A DNA stretch of 39,720 nt from a phage. Below, piece by piece: positions 24,279-34,004 of this stretch. Position 1 is the stretch's first letter; the number at the start of each line of letters is the position of its first letter. A model generated the notes under the pieces. The model made no database searches. It saw nothing but the letters and a program-made list of their open reading frames with translations, and was not told the DNA's origin. The DNA is taken from the sequence record PZ618370.1; one strand, written 5' to 3'. The position numbers and the translations under genes are program-made.

Positions 24279-26636
24279 ATGCCGCTAATTACTCAATCAA
24301 TCAAGAACCTTAAAGGCGGCATTAGCCAGCAGCCTGACATACTGAGGTTCTCAGACCAAGGCGAGGCACAGATTAACTGCTGGTCATCCGAGAGTGATGG
24401 CCTCCAGAAGCGCCCACCTACAGTCTTCAAGCGCCGACTTAACATCGACGTGGGGAGCAACCCTAAGTTCCACCTTATTAACCGTGACGAGCAGGAGCAG
24501 TATTATATCGTATTCAATGGGTCCAACATTCAGGTAGTTGACTTGAGTGGTACTCAATACCCAGTGTCAGGTGCAGTAGACTACGTTAAGTCATCCAACC
24601 CACGGGATGAAATCCGTGTCGTTACCGTGGCAGACTATACGTTCGTAGTTAACCGTAAGGTTGTCGTCAAAGGTGGAAGCGAGAAGTCACACTCTGGCTA
24701 TAACCGCAAAGCACGAGCTTTAATTAACCTTCGCGGTGGACAGTACGGTAGAACCCTTAAGGTTGGAATCAACGGAGGAGTCAAGGTCTCGCATAAGCTA
24801 CCAGCAGGTAATGATGCCGAGAATGACCCACCTAAGGTTGACGCTCAGGCCATAGGTTCAGCTCTGAGAGACCTTCTTGTTGCTGCCTATCCAGACTTCA
24901 CGTTCGACCTTGGGTCTGGCTTCCTGTTAATCACGGCCCCTTCAGGGACTGACATTAACTCAGTAGAGACGGAGGATGGCTACGCTAACCAGCTAATCAG
25001 CCCAGTCCTAGACACAGTGCAGACAATCTCTAAGTTGCCTCTTGCTGCCCCTAATGGATATATCATTAAGATTCAGGGTGAGACCAACAGTAGCGCTGAT
25101 GAATATTACGTGATGTATGACTCCAACACTAAGACTTGGAAGGAGACAGTGGAGCCGGGAGTGGTCACTGGGTTCGATAATGCAACAATGCCACATGCTC
25201 TGGTGCGACAAGCTGATGGCTCCTTTGAGTTCAAGACGCTGGAATGGTCTAAGCGTGGTGCGGGTAATGACGACACAAACCCTATGCCTAGCTTCGTGGA
25301 TGCTGTGATTAACGATGTGTTCTTCTACAGGAACAGACTTGGGCTCTTGTCAGGAGAGAACGTAATCATGAGCCGTTCAGCCAGCTACTTTTCGTTCTTC
25401 CCTAAGAGTGTGGCGACATTGAGTGATGATGATCCTATTGACGTAGCTGTAAGTCACCCTAGAATCTCAATCCTTAAGTATGCCGTTCCGTTTAGCGAGC
25501 AGCTACTACTTTGGTCAGATGAGGTGCAGTTCGTGATGACAAGCTCAGGGGTCCTTACCTCGAAGTCTATCCAGCTTGATGTAGGCTCAGAGTTTGCCTT
25601 AGGTGATAATGCCAGACCGTTCGCTGTAGGACGCTCAGTCTTCTTCTCAGCGCCTCGTGGGTCATTCACCAGCATTAAGCGATACTTCGCTGTAGCAGAT
25701 GTGTCTGACGTGAAGGATTCTGATGATATCACGGGCCACGTGCTGTCCTATATCCCTAACGGGGTGTTTGACATTCACGGAACAGGGACTGAGAACTACA
25801 TCTGCGTCAACTCTACAGGTGCTTACAACCGAATCTACATCTACAAGTTCTTGTTTAAGGACGGCGTACAGCTTCAAGCCTCTTGGTCGCACTGGGAGTT
25901 CCCTAAAGCTGATAAGATTCTGGCGTCTGCGTCGATTGGCTCTACCATGTTCATTGTTCGTCAGCACCAAGGCGGCGTAGACCTTGAGCACCTTAAGTTC
26001 ATCAAGGAGGCAACTGACTTTCCATTAGAGCCATATAGACTCCACGTTGACTCCAAGGTGTCTATGGTAATCCCAATTGGCTCATATAACGCTGACACCT
26101 ATAAGACTACGGTCGACATCGGTTCTGCTTATGGTGGAAACGCCCCGTCTCCCGGTCGGTACTATCTGATTGACAGTCAGGGTGCCTATGTGGACCTTGG
26201 TGAATTGACCGACATCTCAACTGTGGTTATGCTCAATGGCGATTGGTCGGGACGTACAGTGTTCATCGGACGGTCTTATCTGATGTCCTACAAGTTCTCA
26301 CGGTTCCTGATTAAGATTGAAGACGAGAGCGGCACTCAGTCTGAGGACACTGGACGTCTACAACTTCGTAGGGCTTGGGTCAACTACAAGGACACTGGCG
26401 CTCTTAGACTCATTGTCAGAAATGGTGAGCGGGAGTTCGTGAACACCTTTAATGGGTACACCCTTGGTCAGCAAACCATCGGTACTACAAACATTGGTGA
26501 CGGGCAGTATCGCTTCGCCATGAATGGTAACGCATTAACCACGAGTCTAACCTTAGAGTCCGACTATCCTACCCCAGTGTCCATCGTTGGGTGTGGCTGG
26601 GAGGCGTCATACGCTAAGAAAGCTCGTTCCGTCTAA
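24279..26636 (+). CDS. 12: tail tubular protein B (gp12)
   Basis: 785 aa (T7 794 aa), SD AAGGAGGG, syntenic position. Confidence 0.9.
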   Translation: MPLITQSIKNLKGGISQQPDILRFSDQGEAQINCWSSESDGLQKRPPTVFKRRLNIDVGSNPKFHLINRDEQEQYYIVFNGSNIQVVDLSGTQYPVSGAVDYVKSSNPRDEIRVVTVADYTFVVNRKVVVKGGSEKSHSGYNRKARALINLRGGQYGRTLKVGINGGVKVSHKLPAGNDAENDPPKVDAQAIGSALRDLLVAAYPDFTFDLGSGFLLITAPSGTDINSVETEDGYANQLISPVLDTVQTISKLPLAAPNGYIIKIQGETNSSADEYYVMYDSNTKTWKETVEPGVVTGFDNATMPHALVRQADGSFEFKTLEWSKRGAGNDDTNPMPSFVDAVINDVFFYRNRLGLLSGENVIMSRSASYFSFFPKSVATLSDDDPIDVAVSHPRISILKYAVPFSEQLLLWSDEVQFVMTSSGVLTSKSIQLDVGSEFALGDNARPFAVGRSVFFSAPRGSFTSIKRYFAVADVSDVKDSDDITGHVLSYIPNGVFDIHGTGTENYICVNSTGAYNRIYIYKFLFKDGVQLQASWSHWEFPKADKILASASIGSTMFIVRQHQGGVDLEHLKFIKEATDFPLEPYRLHVDSKVSMVIPIGSYNADTYKTTVDIGSAYGGNAPSPGRYYLIDSQGAYVDLGELTDISTVVMLNGDWSGRTVFIGRSYLMSYKFSRFLIKIEDESGTQSEDTGRLQLRRAWVNYKDTGALRLIVRNGEREFVNTFNGYTLGQQTIGTTNIGDGQYRFAMNGNALTTSLTLESDYPTPVSIVGCGWEASYAKKARSV

Positions 26637-26643
26637 CTTATTG

Positions 26644-26693
26644 AAGGGCCTATAGATTTACCTTAACTATCACTATAGGGACTATAGGCCCTT
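26644..26693 (+). repeat. 12-bp perfect inverted repeat AAGGGCCTATAG / CTATAGGCCCTT bracketing the phi13 promoter
   Basis: Reverse complement checked by hand; arms 26644-26655 and 26682-26693; position matches T7 RNase III site R13. Confidence 0.7.
26661..26683 (+). promoter_or_regulatory. phage RNAP promoter (phi13-like)
   Basis: CCTTAACTATCACTATA-GGGAC; +1 G at 26678. Confidence 0.85.
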
Positions 26694-26712
26694 AAGGTTA
26701 TAAGGAGACTTT

Positions 26713-27183
26713 ATGTATATTCGCAAGGCTACGGAACCAGATGTCCAATACTTTCTGTGGCATCTTTCAGCAGATGATGTTAATGAGTGCAAAGCAAACT
26801 ATGGGTCAACAGTTGGTCTCTCTGAAAGACTGCTTAAGCACCTATCTCCGTCATCTGTGGTTTTAACGAACGGTGTAGGCGAACACTTCGCCTATGGTGG
26901 AAACCAAGGGGACAACGTATGGTTCTTGACTTCCGGTCTGGTCCACAAGCTGAGACCTAAAGAGAAGCGAGAGTTCATAAAGCGTATCTCTGAGTACAGG
27001 GACTTAATGTTAGACCAATACGGGACCATCTGGAACTACGTGTGGTCAGGCAATAAGTCTCACATTAAATTCTTGAAGTTACTTGGGGCTAAGTTCCATG
27101 ATGATTGGACTATCAGCCCGGTAACTGGTGAGCGTTTTCAATTATTCACTATCTCTAAGGGGGACGTATGTGTGAACCCGTAA
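26713..27183 (+). CDS. internal virion/assembly protein (gene 13 position)
   Basis: 156 aa ORF with SD AAGGAG after phi13; positional assignment, similarity to T7 gp13 not verified. Confidence 0.55.
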   Translation: MYIRKATEPDVQYFLWHLSADDVNECKANYGSTVGLSERLLKHLSPSSVVLTNGVGEHFAYGGNQGDNVWFLTSGLVHKLRPKEKREFIKRISEYRDLMLDQYGTIWNYVWSGNKSHIKFLKLLGAKFHDDWTISPVTGERFQLFTISKGDVCVNP

Positions 27184-27755
27184 GTATCGGCATGGGTATC
27201 ATGGCTGTAGCCGGGGCCACTATGTCCGCATCCCAACAGGCCAAGGCCGAAGGTGCAGCAATTGACGCTCAGAACCGACAGGCTCAGGAAATGGTTAAGC
27301 AGATGAACTACTCTGACGCCAACCTGAAGATGCAGGAGCGCGACCTGAAGGAGCAGCAGATGGCTGAACTGACAGAGACCACGCTTAACGGTATCCGCAA
27401 TCAGGGTATGGTCCGAGCTGCGGTGGCTGAGTCCGGTCTGGAAGGTAACTCTATGGACAGGATTGAACGTCAGGTCGAAGGAGATACAGTCAAGGAGCGA
27501 GCAGGGATTACCGAAAGTTACAACCGCGACTATGCGGCTATCTTCGGGAACCGTATAGCCAACATTGAGAACACCAAGTCTGCTATTCGTGGTCAAGGTA
27601 AAATCATCAAGACTAGCCCACTGGCTCATGCACTTAATGTTGCTAACGCCGGGATGCAGGGATACGCTGCTGGTAAGTCAATCTCTGGGGCATCAAGCTC
27701 TGGTGGTTCTGCACCGATTAGTGCTGCTAAAGGCACACCTACAGGTCATAGCTAA
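27168..27755 (+). CDS. 14: internal virion protein B (gp14)
   Basis: 195 aa (T7 196 aa); MC N-terminus, EGNSMDRI, NYNRDYAAIF, C-terminal AAKGT.TG match T7 gp14 as recalled. Confidence 0.85.
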   Translation: MCEPVSIGMGIMAVAGATMSASQQAKAEGAAIDAQNRQAQEMVKQMNYSDANLKMQERDLKEQQMAELTETTLNGIRNQGMVRAAVAESGLEGNSMDRIERQVEGDTVKERAGITESYNRDYAAIFGNRIANIENTKSAIRGQGKIIKTSPLAHALNVANAGMQGYAAGKSISGASSSGGSAPISAAKGTPTGHS

Positions 27756-27766
27756 GAGGAGGACTA

Positions 27767-30049
27767 ATGGCTAGTAATATTGAATCAGCTCTGGCTAATC
27801 GGACTATGGGTCGTGGCAGAGCTCCGGGTAAAACTATCGCCGTCAACTATCAAGCAGCCAGCGTTCAGGCTCCGACTGGTGACTCCGGTCTGGCTCGTGC
27901 ATTAACCAACTTCGTTGAGTCTGGGACTGGATTGTACAAGCAGTTCAAAGACGAGGAGAAGACACGGGCCGACGAGCGGTCTAACGAGATTATCCGTAAG
28001 CTGACACCTCAGCAAAGACGTGAGGCTATCCAGAACGGCACACTGCTGTATCAGGACGACCCTTACGCTATGGAAGCACTTCGAGTCAAGACTGGACGTA
28101 ACGCTGCCTTTGCGGTGGATGACGAGATTAACGTTAAGATTCAGAATGGTGAGTTCCGCACACGTCAGGAAATGGAAGAATATCGCCACCAGCGACTTCA
28201 AGACGCAGCTAAGTCCTATGCTGAAGAGGCTGGTATTAACCCTACCGATGAGTTCTTCCAGCGAGGGTTCAACGATAACATCACAGACCGCAACATCGCT
28301 ATCTATGGGTCCTTCAATAAGTATTTCAGTAAGCAGTCTGAAGAGACAGCAATGTTGAATACTCGTATTGAGATGAACTCATTCCTGAACGATGGAGACC
28401 TGATGCGTTCACCTGAGTCAGGTAAGACCTTCATGGCCTACCTTCGTGATGGACTGACTACAGCTGCTATCCCTTCGGACCAGCGAGCACGGGAGGTAAT
28501 TACCCAGACGGTCCGTGACGCAATCCAGAAGTCTGGTGGCTCAAACTTCCTACAGCAAGTACGAGGCGAGCGAATCACACTTAACGGTGTGGATGCTACA
28601 GTCGAAGAGATTGTAGGACCTGACGTCTTCAATGCTGCTATGGTAGAGGCTCAAGGCACTGAGTACAAACTGGTGGCTAAATATCAGGAAGACTTAGCGC
28701 TTGGAGTTCAGTCTGCTATTCTTCAGGATGACCCAACCATCGGTCTGGCCCAGATTCAGAAGCTCAAGGAGCAGAACAACCTGCTTCAACCGGGTGAAGA
28801 ACTCACACCTCAGCGTCAGATGCTTATTAATGCCGAAGCCAGCCTACTGGAAGCGGTCAAGCGTAAGTCTGCTGAACAGGCAAAAGAGAACACTAAGTTA
28901 ATCCAGACTCAGAACAAGCAACTGGTCATCGACCAAGTGTATCAGCGACGTCTGGCTGGGGACAACGTGTCAACCAACTATGAGGACCTTCCTGTCTCTG
29001 AGGCTACAGGAGAGTTCAAACGTTCAGACATGAACAACTATGCGTCTGCCAAGCTACAGCAGATTGACCAGATGGACATCCCTGAGGCAGCTAAGGACGC
29101 TCAGAAGGTGGCATTGTTAAGAGCTGACACTAACAACGGTCCGTTCCGTAATGCCTTCCAGACGCTGACTCAGGACGCTGCTGGTGAGTGGCAAGCTGCT
29201 GTCATCCGTGGACAGTACGACCCAGACAAGATGCAACGCTTCGAGTCTCTTCGTCGTGCCTACACTCAGGACCCTTCAAGTTTCGCTGCTCTGTATCCTG
29301 ACCAAGCTCAGTTGTTCTCTACGTTCGACCAGATGGACAAGATGGGTCTGGACCCTCAGACGATGATTGAAGCTGATAAGCAAGCTGCAAGTCAAAGCCG
29401 TGAGATGCGCATGGAGTCAGACAAGGCGTGGCAGGAGTTGAAGAACGACTCCAAGAACACCCAGTTGTCTCGTCTCCCAACGTCTCTTGACTCAAGTGCT
29501 CGTAAGGTCTGGGACTCATGGTACTATCGTACAGGTAACGCTGACGCTGCAACTCAGCAGACTCAACGCTGGCTGAATGAAAATACCGTAACGTTCCAGT
29601 CTGAAGGCTCTGACGGTAAGTCCATCGGCATGGTGTCAAAGCACCAGCTTATGGTTGGGGATAACCCAGAGTCGTGGCAGGTTGGTCGAGACATTATCGA
29701 CACAGCTCGTCAGCAGCTCATTAAGGCCAACCCTTGGGTAGTGAACTCTCAGTTGTCAGTTGTTGAGCAGAACGGCTCTATCTTCCTCCAAGACGCTACA
29801 GGGACTATTCGTATTCGCTACGATAAAGAACTTGTAGGTAAACTCTACCGTGAACAACAGCAGAAGGCACAAGATGCCGCATACGCTCAGGCAGAACGTG
29901 ACGCTAACAAGCGAGCGCGTATCGTCGGGACTAAAGCTGCTGGTGACAAACGTCGAGCTGACCGAGAGGCCACCATCGAGAAGCGCGGAGGGATGTACAA
30001 TGACGTCTCATTGGAGGGTATCGCAAACGTACTAATCGGTAAGGAGTAA
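27767..30049 (+). CDS. 15: internal virion protein C (gp15)
   Basis: 760 aa; DERSNEIIRKLTPQQRREAIQNGTLLYQDDPYAMEALRVKTGRNAAF nearly identical to T7 gp15 as recalled; many further collinear blocks. Confidence 0.92.
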   Translation: MASNIESALANRTMGRGRAPGKTIAVNYQAASVQAPTGDSGLARALTNFVESGTGLYKQFKDEEKTRADERSNEIIRKLTPQQRREAIQNGTLLYQDDPYAMEALRVKTGRNAAFAVDDEINVKIQNGEFRTRQEMEEYRHQRLQDAAKSYAEEAGINPTDEFFQRGFNDNITDRNIAIYGSFNKYFSKQSEETAMLNTRIEMNSFLNDGDLMRSPESGKTFMAYLRDGLTTAAIPSDQRAREVITQTVRDAIQKSGGSNFLQQVRGERITLNGVDATVEEIVGPDVFNAAMVEAQGTEYKLVAKYQEDLALGVQSAILQDDPTIGLAQIQKLKEQNNLLQPGEELTPQRQMLINAEASLLEAVKRKSAEQAKENTKLIQTQNKQLVIDQVYQRRLAGDNVSTNYEDLPVSEATGEFKRSDMNNYASAKLQQIDQMDIPEAAKDAQKVALLRADTNNGPFRNAFQTLTQDAAGEWQAAVIRGQYDPDKMQRFESLRRAYTQDPSSFAALYPDQAQLFSTFDQMDKMGLDPQTMIEADKQAASQSREMRMESDKAWQELKNDSKNTQLSRLPTSLDSSARKVWDSWYYRTGNADAATQQTQRWLNENTVTFQSEGSDGKSIGMVSKHQLMVGDNPESWQVGRDIIDTARQQLIKANPWVVNSQLSVVEQNGSIFLQDATGTIRIRYDKELVGKLYREQQQKAQDAAYAQAERDANKRARIVGTKAAGDKRRADREATIEKRGGMYNDVSLEGIANVLIGKE

Positions 30050-30053
30050 CATA

Positions 30054-33000
30054 ATGGCGACTCGTGGTATTCGCAATAACAATCCGGGTAACATCCGGGT
30101 AAGTAAGGACCAATGGGAAGGAATGACTGGGGATGATGGTGCATTCGTCACCTTTGATAGTCCAGAGTCTGGCGTCCGAGCTTTAGGTAAAAACCTGCTG
30201 TCCTACGGTCGCCAAGGTTATGACTCCATCGAGAAGATTATCAACAGATGGGCTCCTCCTAACGAGAACGACACTCAGGCTTATATTGACTCTGTGGTGG
30301 CTGCGACTGGTATTCCAGCTACCCAGAGTCTCGACCTCTCGAACCCGGACACCCTGTCTTCTCTGGCTCAAGCTATCAGCTTCCATGAGACAGGCTCCCG
30401 GTACAATCCTGAAGTATATCAGAAGGGAGTCGCACGAGCACTAAACGGTATCAGCCCAAAGACTCCACCAGTAAGCGCTAACGTATTTGACGCACTCACG
30501 GAAGGACTCAAGGCTAAACCTAAAGTAGCTCTGGGAGGGAACCTTCCGACCGCTGCTGGTCTGAACATTGAGGGTCAAGCACCTGAAGCTCCAAACGAAT
30601 CGTTCGGTGAGATGTTCTATAAGGCTACTGGCGAGACAATGCAGGAACGAGAGGACCGCTCTACGTGGTTCGGTTTCGGTGCTGCTACAGAAGCTGAAGT
30701 GAAGAACTCTATGGTCGGCGTGGCTATCCGCGCTGGTCAGACCGAGGACTCACTTGATGTAATTGGCGATGTGTACAACCCGACCCGCTGGAACAACCAT
30801 AAGTGGACTCGTGATGAGCTGGACCAGATTCGTAACGCTGGGGTTCTGCCTCAGTATTACGGAGTCATTACTGGTGGCTCTCCTCAGAACCTGACCGAGC
30901 TGATTAACTTGGCGCTTGAGAACCAGAAGTTGGATCAAGAGAAGGCCAAGGCCGGGATTGGTGCTCAGTTAGCTGCTGGCGTGATTGGTGCTGGTGTAGA
31001 CCCGCTGACCTACGTTCCTATCGCTGGACAGGTTGGTAAAGGTGGTAAGCTGGTCAACAAGATGTTCACCGTGGCTGCTCAATCTGGAGCGCTGGCTGGT
31101 GTGTCTGAGATGGCTCGTACCTCAGTGGCTGGCGGTGATGCTCATGTGGCTGAAGCTATCCTCGGAGGTGCTCTCTTCGGTGGCGGAATGACCGCTATCG
31201 CTGACGGCTTAGGAAGAGCCTTAGGTCGCAACACTAACGAGTTCGCTGGCCCGGCTACACGTCTGGAAGCTCGTGAGACTGCTCGTAACGTTGATGGTCA
31301 GGACCTGTCTCGTCTCCCTATTCAGGAAGGTGAGCAGACCTTTAGTCATCAAGGCGTTAAGTTCGCTGACGTTCAGAATGAGCCGGGTAGTGTACGACTG
31401 GAGGATGGTTCAATCCTGATTGGTGAGAACCCTCTGAACCCTAAGACACGTCAGGTCTTTGACGAAGTGATTGAGCCTGAACGTGCAGCCGCTGGTGTGA
31501 ACCTTGGTGGGCTGACTGAGATTGGACTGAAGCTGCTTCGGTCCGAGAACCCTGAGATTCGCGGAGTCGCTGCTGACTTAGTGCGTTCACCGACTGGTAT
31601 GCAGTCAGGAGCCTCAGGTAAAATTGGGACCACTGCGTCAGACGTGTTCGAGAGACTTCGTGCTGTGGACCATCGGTTCTACAACGACATCGACGATGCT
31701 GTTACTGAGGCACTCAAGGACCCCTACTTCCAGACAGCATTCTGGCGAGACTCTGCCGCATTCCGTCAGGACATCTACCAGCGTGTGTCTATGGCTATTG
31801 AAGATGGCAGTGGGAACCTGAAGGCTGAACTGACTCCGGGAGAACTGAAAGTCTATGGCCTGCTGAAGAATCAGTTTGACGCAAAGCGTGAGATGATGGA
31901 GAACCCAGCTATGTTTGGTCGTCCAGACGCTAAGTCTATCTTCCCCGGCAGTCGCTTCAAGGGAACCTACGTCCCGCATGTGTATAGCAATCAGATGAAG
32001 GAGCTGTACATCAAGGAGCTTGGAAGCCCAGAGGCACTACAGGAGGCCATCAAGAAGTCATGGTTGACCAGCTATGCGTCTCGACCTGAAGTCAAGAAAC
32101 GTGTGGACGAGGCACTCTTAGAGGCTGACCCTACGTTGACTGCAGATGGACTTGCGGCTGCGGTCGATAAGTACGCTAACGATAAGGCTTACGGTATCTC
32201 TCACACCGAGCAGTTCGAACGTTCATCCGTAATGGAAGAGAACATCAATGGTCTGGTGGGTCTGGAGAACAACAGCTTCCTTGAGGCTCGTAACCTGTTC
32301 GATAGCGACATGTCAATCGTCTTACCTAACGGTCAGACCTTCAGTGTCAACAATCTGCGTGAGTGGGACATGGATAAGATTGTCCCTGCTTATAACCGTC
32401 GAGTTAATGGTGACATTGCTATCATGGCTGGTACAGGAAAGACTACGAAGGACATGAAGGACTTGGTTGAGACCTTGATGAACAAGGCTGGGGATGACGG
32501 TAAGTTGAAAGGTGAAGTATCTACCTTACGTGACACCCTGAAGATTCTAACTGGTCGTGCTCGACGTGATGGCGCTGATGATGCGGCCTTCGCTACCGTG
32601 ATGCGCACGATGACAGACCTATCGTTCTTCGCTAAAAATGCCTACATGGGTGTGCAGAACTTAACGGAGATTGGTGGTATGCTGGCTCGTGGTAACGTTC
32701 GTGCATTGCTACATGGAGTTCCTATGTTCCGTGACCTAGCCTTCCGTAACAAGAAGGTAGGGGCCTCAGAGATTAAGGACCTGCACAATGTTATCTTCGG
32801 TAAGGAACTGGATGACTCAATCCGTCCGTCTAAACAGGATGTCATCGACCGTCTGCGGTCTTACAGTGACCTAGGTCGTGGTGCAGCCACAGCTCTGGGG
32901 ACTGCCAAGTATTACACTGGTGAACTTGCAGTACGCTCGCCGTTCACTAAAGTCCTCAACGGTACGACAAACTACCTGTTAGATGCTGGACGTCAAGGCT

Positions 33001-33941
33001 TCCTGTCTGACATCGTGGAGCATAGTCTGACTGGCAGTAAGCGTCGGTTCGATGACCGCTGGCTGAAGACCGCTGGTATCTCTGACGAGCAGTGGAAGGG
33101 CATTAAGTCCCTAATCCGTGAGTCAGTGACTCGTGGTCCAGACGGGAAGTACACCATCAAGGATAAGAAGGCGTTCAGTCAGGACCCAAGGGCTATGGAC
33201 TTATGGCGTATGGGTGACACCATCGCTGATGAAACGTTACTCCGGCCCCACAAGCTGTCTAACATGGACGCCAAGGCTTATGGTCCTCTCGCTAAGACTG
33301 TCCTTCAGTTTAAGAACTTCGTCATCAAGTCCATAAACGGTAGAACCATGCGTACCTTCTATAACGCCACGAAGAACAACCGAGCGATTGACGCTGCACT
33401 ATCGACCGTGATGTCTATGGGTCTGGCTGGTATCTACTACATGGCTCAGGCGCACGTCAAGGCTTATGCTATGCAGGATGGTCGAGACCGTGACTACCTT
33501 AAGCAAGCTCTGGACCCGACGATGATTGGTTATGCGGCTCTGTCTCGTAGTTCACATCTGGGTGGCCCACTCGGGGTAGCTAACATTCTGGGTGGCATCG
33601 CTGGGTATGAGGACACCAAGATGCTCCGTTCGTCTATCCTACCTCGTTCGCCTACAGAGAAGCCTGAACGTGCCATCTCGTATGGTGCAGCTACAAGTGG
33701 CCCTGTGATGAATGTTGTTGGTAACTTCTTGGAGCAGGTTCCAGCTTTTGGATATGCTGCTAACGTTGGTGCTTCGGCTTACAACTTGGCTGGCTACCTC
33801 AAGGCTGATACTCGGGTAAACGAGAGAGACTACATGACCGGGATGTATAACACCTTCCGTGAACTGGTTCCGAACGACCCGATTACTCAGAAGTTGCTAC
33901 TGGGAACGTTTGAGGAGCAAGGTATCCACATCAAGGACTAA
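30054..33941 (+). CDS. 16: internal virion protein D (gp16) with a non-canonical N-terminal domain
   Basis: 1295 aa; middle and C-terminal regions collinear with T7 gp16 (ETARN, SPTGMQSGASGK, NPAMFG, GTYVPHVY, SRPEVK, DKAYGISH, FFAKNAYMG.QN.TEI, RSP.TK.LNGTTNYLLDA, AMDLWR, LRPHK, NNRAIDAALS); first ~130 aa lack the SLT motifs of T7. Confidence 0.92.
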   Translation: MATRGIRNNNPGNIRVSKDQWEGMTGDDGAFVTFDSPESGVRALGKNLLSYGRQGYDSIEKIINRWAPPNENDTQAYIDSVVAATGIPATQSLDLSNPDTLSSLAQAISFHETGSRYNPEVYQKGVARALNGISPKTPPVSANVFDALTEGLKAKPKVALGGNLPTAAGLNIEGQAPEAPNESFGEMFYKATGETMQEREDRSTWFGFGAATEAEVKNSMVGVAIRAGQTEDSLDVIGDVYNPTRWNNHKWTRDELDQIRNAGVLPQYYGVITGGSPQNLTELINLALENQKLDQEKAKAGIGAQLAAGVIGAGVDPLTYVPIAGQVGKGGKLVNKMFTVAAQSGALAGVSEMARTSVAGGDAHVAEAILGGALFGGGMTAIADGLGRALGRNTNEFAGPATRLEARETARNVDGQDLSRLPIQEGEQTFSHQGVKFADVQNEPGSVRLEDGSILIGENPLNPKTRQVFDEVIEPERAAAGVNLGGLTEIGLKLLRSENPEIRGVAADLVRSPTGMQSGASGKIGTTASDVFERLRAVDHRFYNDIDDAVTEALKDPYFQTAFWRDSAAFRQDIYQRVSMAIEDGSGNLKAELTPGELKVYGLLKNQFDAKREMMENPAMFGRPDAKSIFPGSRFKGTYVPHVYSNQMKELYIKELGSPEALQEAIKKSWLTSYASRPEVKKRVDEALLEADPTLTADGLAAAVDKYANDKAYGISHTEQFERSSVMEENINGLVGLENNSFLEARNLFDSDMSIVLPNGQTFSVNNLREWDMDKIVPAYNRRVNGDIAIMAGTGKTTKDMKDLVETLMNKAGDDGKLKGEVSTLRDTLKILTGRARRDGADDAAFATVMRTMTDLSFFAKNAYMGVQNLTEIGGMLARGNVRALLHGVPMFRDLAFRNKKVGASEIKDLHNVIFGKELDDSIRPSKQDVIDRLRSYSDLGRGAATALGTAKYYTGELAVRSPFTKVLNGTTNYLLDAGRQGFLSDIVEHSLTGSKRRFDDRWLKTAGISDEQWKGIKSLIRESVTRGPDGKYTIKDKKAFSQDPRAMDLWRMGDTIADETLLRPHKLSNMDAKAYGPLAKTVLQFKNFVIKSINGRTMRTFYNATKNNRAIDAALSTVMSMGLAGIYYMAQAHVKAYAMQDGRDRDYLKQALDPTMIGYAALSRSSHLGGPLGVANILGGIAGYEDTKMLRSSILPRSPTEKPERAISYGAATSGPVMNVVGNFLEQVPAFGYAANVGASAYNLAGYLKADTRVNERDYMTGMYNTFRELVPNDPITQKLLLGTFEEQGIHIKD

Positions 33942-33959
33942 ACTATCACTATAGGAAAC
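33937..33959 (+). promoter_or_regulatory. phage RNAP promoter (phi17-like)
   Basis: ACTAAACTATCACTATA-GGAAA; +1 G at 33954. Confidence 0.8.
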
Positions 33960-34004
33960 GGAGACGCTACCATAGGTCTCCATTTAAATCACAAAGGAGG
34001 CATA

